Origin: Anthoceros angustus
Lineage: Eukaryota; Plantae; Anthocerotophyta
Assembly (NCBI GenBank): GCA_010909165.1
Contig: VJWM01000220.1
Coordinates: forward strand, 242,998-306,997
Reading direction: 5' to 3'
Length of the DNA stretch: 64,000 bases
Shown here: positions 60,101 to 64,000 of the stretch, one piece after another
Layout of the letters: each line of letters opens with the position of its first letter
How positions within the stretch are numbered: position 1 is the first letter of the stretch
Position numbers and translations under genes: made by a program
Notes under the pieces: model-generated
The model's database searches: none
What the model saw: the letters and a program-made list of their open reading frames with translations, nothing else
What the model was told of the DNA's origin: nothing

Positions 60101-61812
60101 GCAAGAGCCAAGGGACGATGGCCCTCCATAGTCCTTGATGGCCGAGAGGGAGAGCAACCTCCCATCCATCATCCTCGATGGCCATCGTCATGTGGAATTG
60201 CAGCCCTTGTCCTTAATGGCCATCGTCGGTTTCCACCACTGTGCAACAATAATGTGCACACACTACGCAATGATCCACAAATGACAGTCTGGAAGGCGGC
60301 GGTTTTGACTTATGGATTCCACAAACACTTTAGCAGCATGGACTTGTAGGTAGGCGAATAGGGCCAAAAAGTGTTCACATCCGCGCCTCACACCGAACCC
60401 CCAGCCATACCGTGTGTGGTCACAACACCATGCCCGCACCATGTGGAAGGAACCACCTCGCCACCGAACGGCAAGTCCCCACGAGGATAGCCACGAGATG
60501 CTCCACGCCATGAGGCGGTGACACCGCCTCCAACCTTTGCAAAGGATCCTTGATGGCCATCAACGATTTCTAGTTGTGCACCAAGATGGAGACATGAACA
60601 CACGCCTCGTGGTGCGAACTACCACTCCACGCCCATTTAGGTTTCCGACGGAAGCTAGCTCGATACGCCAACATGTCCGCCATACATGGCATAAGGTAGC
60701 AGGAGAGCGCCCGCAGTGGCATGTTCACTGAAAGAGCTCGCATGCGAGGATGACCAAGAGAAAGGTAGTAGCGTGAGGCAAGGTGGTGACATTTAAAGCG
60801 GACCACCACCTTCTACCCTCTTGTGCCCGACCACATCGGGTTGCGGATGAGAGGATCTTGAATTTCAAGCTTACATGTGACAAACCAAACATGGCGGCTT
60901 TGATGGTCGCCAATAACAAAGGATTGCTGGTAAATGCAATGAGTGTGAAGTGGCGCATAGAAAGGAGCGAATGCGTTTGTTTTCATGTCTCCTAAGGAAA
61001 TCCTTTGCGACGCCATAGTGACGCCGAGCCGTCACCCTAGCATGGTGCCGATGGCGTGAATACATTATACGCCTCGCCATGACGCATGATTGGTGGAATG
61101 GGAGTCTCGAACGATGGACATCATTATCTAGGAGAACGGAATTGGCATATATGGCAAATTCACACGGACGGTCCTTCATTCATGGCATAATGAAAGGGGC
61201 ATTTAGTTTGCTTGAATGGCTCTCACGTGCCACCCACCGTCCTTGCACAATGGTGTAGATGTTGATATAGATTATTAAAAAAGGAACATGGTCTCGTTCA
61301 AACGACCTTCGGACGTGGCATGTTTTCTTCCATGCCATGAGTTTTCAATTATTCTAATGGCTTGCACCCACCTTCCTGACCATGGTGGAGGGAGAATTTT
61401 ATTTGAGAGAAAGGGAACCATTCCTTGGTTCATGGCAAAAGTTAGATGGCCATGACCTTGTCATGGCATGGCACTTGGTCACGGCCACTCGTAAATCGCA
61501 AAACACTTGTCCTGGGTCAAAACCAAAAACCTGGGACTATATATGGCATGCATGGAGGAATGGCATACGTGACAAGGAGAGCCAGGTTTACTTCAGCACC
61601 ACATGAAGTAGCGCGCTGGGAAGGTGGCATGGCAAGGCAAGGAGCCAACAGAGGGCATGCCACGTAGTCCCCTTCTGATGGAAGCAAAGGATGGTCCTAG
61701 CCAAGTGAGGTGGGCACGCCTGGAGAATGCGGATTCAAATCCGGAGAGGTGGATGATCCTGGAGGCGCGAGACTTCCGAGGGGAGTAACCTCCAACAAAG
61801 CAGCGGAGTTTC

Positions 61813-63917
61813 GGCTATGCTTTTGGTTAGGAAATAAGTAGGTTTCGCTTTTTTAGGATTGAAGGATAAGGCGGAAAAGGAGGAATAAATTGGGTAAGGC
61901 CGGACGAGGCTCCGAGTATACTCCTGACTGGAACAACGGACCCCTGCACACTATGGCAAGCTCCGACTACGCCGAGTAACGGATAAGTCCCAACCCACCT
62001 GTGTCAAAAAGGATAAGTACGCCAGTGAAAGTAACCTAGGAGCGAGGCGTGAGGACACGAGGCGGCGCCACGGACGGCCCCGAGTGGAGGTCGGGCATGC
62101 AGGTCAGACCGTAACTCGCGAGGCCGTTATAAGGTATTCACGCCTGGTCGCGCGGCGCGAAGGCCGCAGTAAGCCAAGCGTAGGGTCGAGTAAGCCATGC
62201 ACTCGCGCTACGGACAACGAAGAGGCGCCTTTAGCTTCCACAAGCGCTGCCAAGGAGGGAGGTCCACGGCAGCCTGCATACCCCTCACAGCCCTTGCGCC
62301 CGCAATCCGCCTCGCGCCTTTTGGGCGCCTTTTTAGAGCGTGGCGCATCAAGGTTGGAGCAACAACGCGGGCGAAGGAGGAACATCGTGCCGACTCGCCA
62401 GCAGCCAAGAGGAGGAGAAGGCAATGGCACCCAAAAGCCGAGAGTCTGGAGCCATGGACCGTGGAGCGCAACATTGTGCTATCCGGACTTCGGCCGGAGG
62501 AAGTGGGGAATTGGTGCAGAGTGGCATCCGGACGTGTTCCAAATGGTCCGGACCTTGACAACGCTAGTCCGGAGTTTGCCCGAAGATGTCAAGGCGATCA
62601 ACAAGGAGGTCCGATCCAAGAACCTCCGGAGGACTCGAGGCGATGGACCTTGAGGTCCCGAGGATGGCCTACAACCGCTCAAGGAGGAAGAAGGGGCGGT
62701 GCCGAGCCCCTTAAGGCGCGGGAAGATAGGGCCGCCAGCCGGCCGAGGCTCGAACGCGACAACCAACGGATGGTTGATATCCGATCCGCCGATGAGTAAG
62801 TAGCCCGGATCATTGTCCATTGAACTCGCCACCAAGGTGGATCACCTTGGTGATAACCTGGTATTCTCGCATGCGCCCAATGGGGAAGAGAGGACCGGGA
62901 AGGATTATCTTCCGGTTCGCCAGAGGCACGAAGCTAAGGAGCGAGAAGCCTCGCCATCGACACTCACCGATTCATGTATGGGGACATTTCGAGCTCTCAA
63001 GGAGGGAGAGCTTGAGCGCCCCAAGGGCCGGAGGCCCCGTAGAGCGTGCAAGGGCGCCTGAGGTGGGGGTCGCCCTTCAAGACCAAGCGACTGGAGGAGG
63101 ACGATCGAGGATTCCGACTCCATGCCTGAGCGAACCCCTCACCACCTGTGGAAGTTTGGGAGGCGATTCCCTTCCTCCTTTTGGTGCCCTCCGAGAGCAA
63201 GATGGAGGGAGATGCCGAGGGCTGGCCCGACCGGCGTAACAATGCCAACAACCACGACGGCCGAGCCGAGCTCAACGGGAGCCAAGAGGCGGAAGACGGT
63301 GCCGCCAACGCAAAGACCTAAGGTGCCAGACTTACCCCCGCCACGAGTGGCAAGAGGTCAAGAGGCTAAGGAGGGCGTAAAGGGACGTGGCCCAAGGAGT
63401 GGAGGTCACCGCAGCACCTCGAGCCGGCCCCTGCCCCCGGCTGTGAAGGGGCAAAAGAGCTTGCTCCCGACCCCTCACCTCCTCCGAGCCCTGTGAGAAA
63501 GAGGGCACAAAGGAGTTAGAGGCCAAGAGGGCCAAAGAGGGTGAGACTCGACCACCACTGTGACCCGAGGGTCCCGATTAGAACCGAGAACCCACCTCCC
63601 CGGATCGGGTATGGAGGTCCTTGGCGGATCGAGAAATGCCGGCCCCACTACGGACTTTGTGGGGCCTCACTGGGCCGTGGAAGAAACACGGCGAAGTCCG
63701 CTACATATGGACGGAATGCTTTGGGGTCTCGTGGTACAGGAGAAGACCTGTGAAGTGGAGGCCACCCGAGGAGGATGGTGGAACCCAAGAGCAAGTGAAG
63801 GCGCCGAGGCAAAGGAAAGGCGGAGTCCCTCGCCGATCGAGGAAGGGAAACGCCGGTGGAGCGAGGCCCGCGCGGTTCAAGCAGATCAAGGTTCTTCACC
63901 AGCAACAAAGCAAGCTC
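61813..63917 (+). mobile_element. LTR-less fragment of the same Gypsy family, homologous to 8441-10589
   Basis: Starts GGCTATGC...GAAATAAGTAGG and ends AGCAAGCTC, colinear with the first element's post-integrase region. Confidence 0.9.
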
Positions 63918-64000
63918 ACCTAAACAAATGCGTTTGAAGGCATTCGAAGTGGCTCGAAAAAGGGTGTCACCGGAAAAATTACTACTTTCCATCTAGCAAT

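Overview
Eukaryotic, repeat-rich nuclear DNA, most likely from a non-seed land plant (inferred from PLS-class PPR fragments, DUF674, TFIIA-gamma and short GT-AG introns; species not determinable). 1-15,008: a heavily frameshifted Ty3/Gypsy (Athila/OTA-like) LTR retrotransposon with gag-PR-RT-RH-INT, a duplicated protease region and a long, tandemly amplified extra coding region before the 3' LTR; the 5' side looks like the tail of a second copy sharing the LTR. 15.6-20.7 kb: a tandemly duplicated head-to-head cassette of an intronless, divergent TFIIA-gamma paralog and a DUF674 gene. 20.7-41.9 kb: a rearranged mosaic of PLS-PPR pseudogene pieces (with inversions), three intact paralogs of an unassigned 3-TM protein carried in shuffled upstream modules, a Copia 3' end, a captured PP2C fragment, minisatellites and a (GCCCT)n tract. 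43.4-46.6 kb: a degenerate multi-intron tyrosine recombinase gene of Crypton/DUF3504 type. 46.7-64 kb: mostly unassigned degenerate TE-like DNA, a CACTA-like left end and an LTR-less copy of the Gypsy 3' region. The best candidates for something undescribed are the TFIIA-gamma/DUF674 cassette, the Crypton-like recombinase and the 3-TM family. No tRNA, rRNA or CRISPR array is supported. All identities and alignments were judged by eye; no database search was run.
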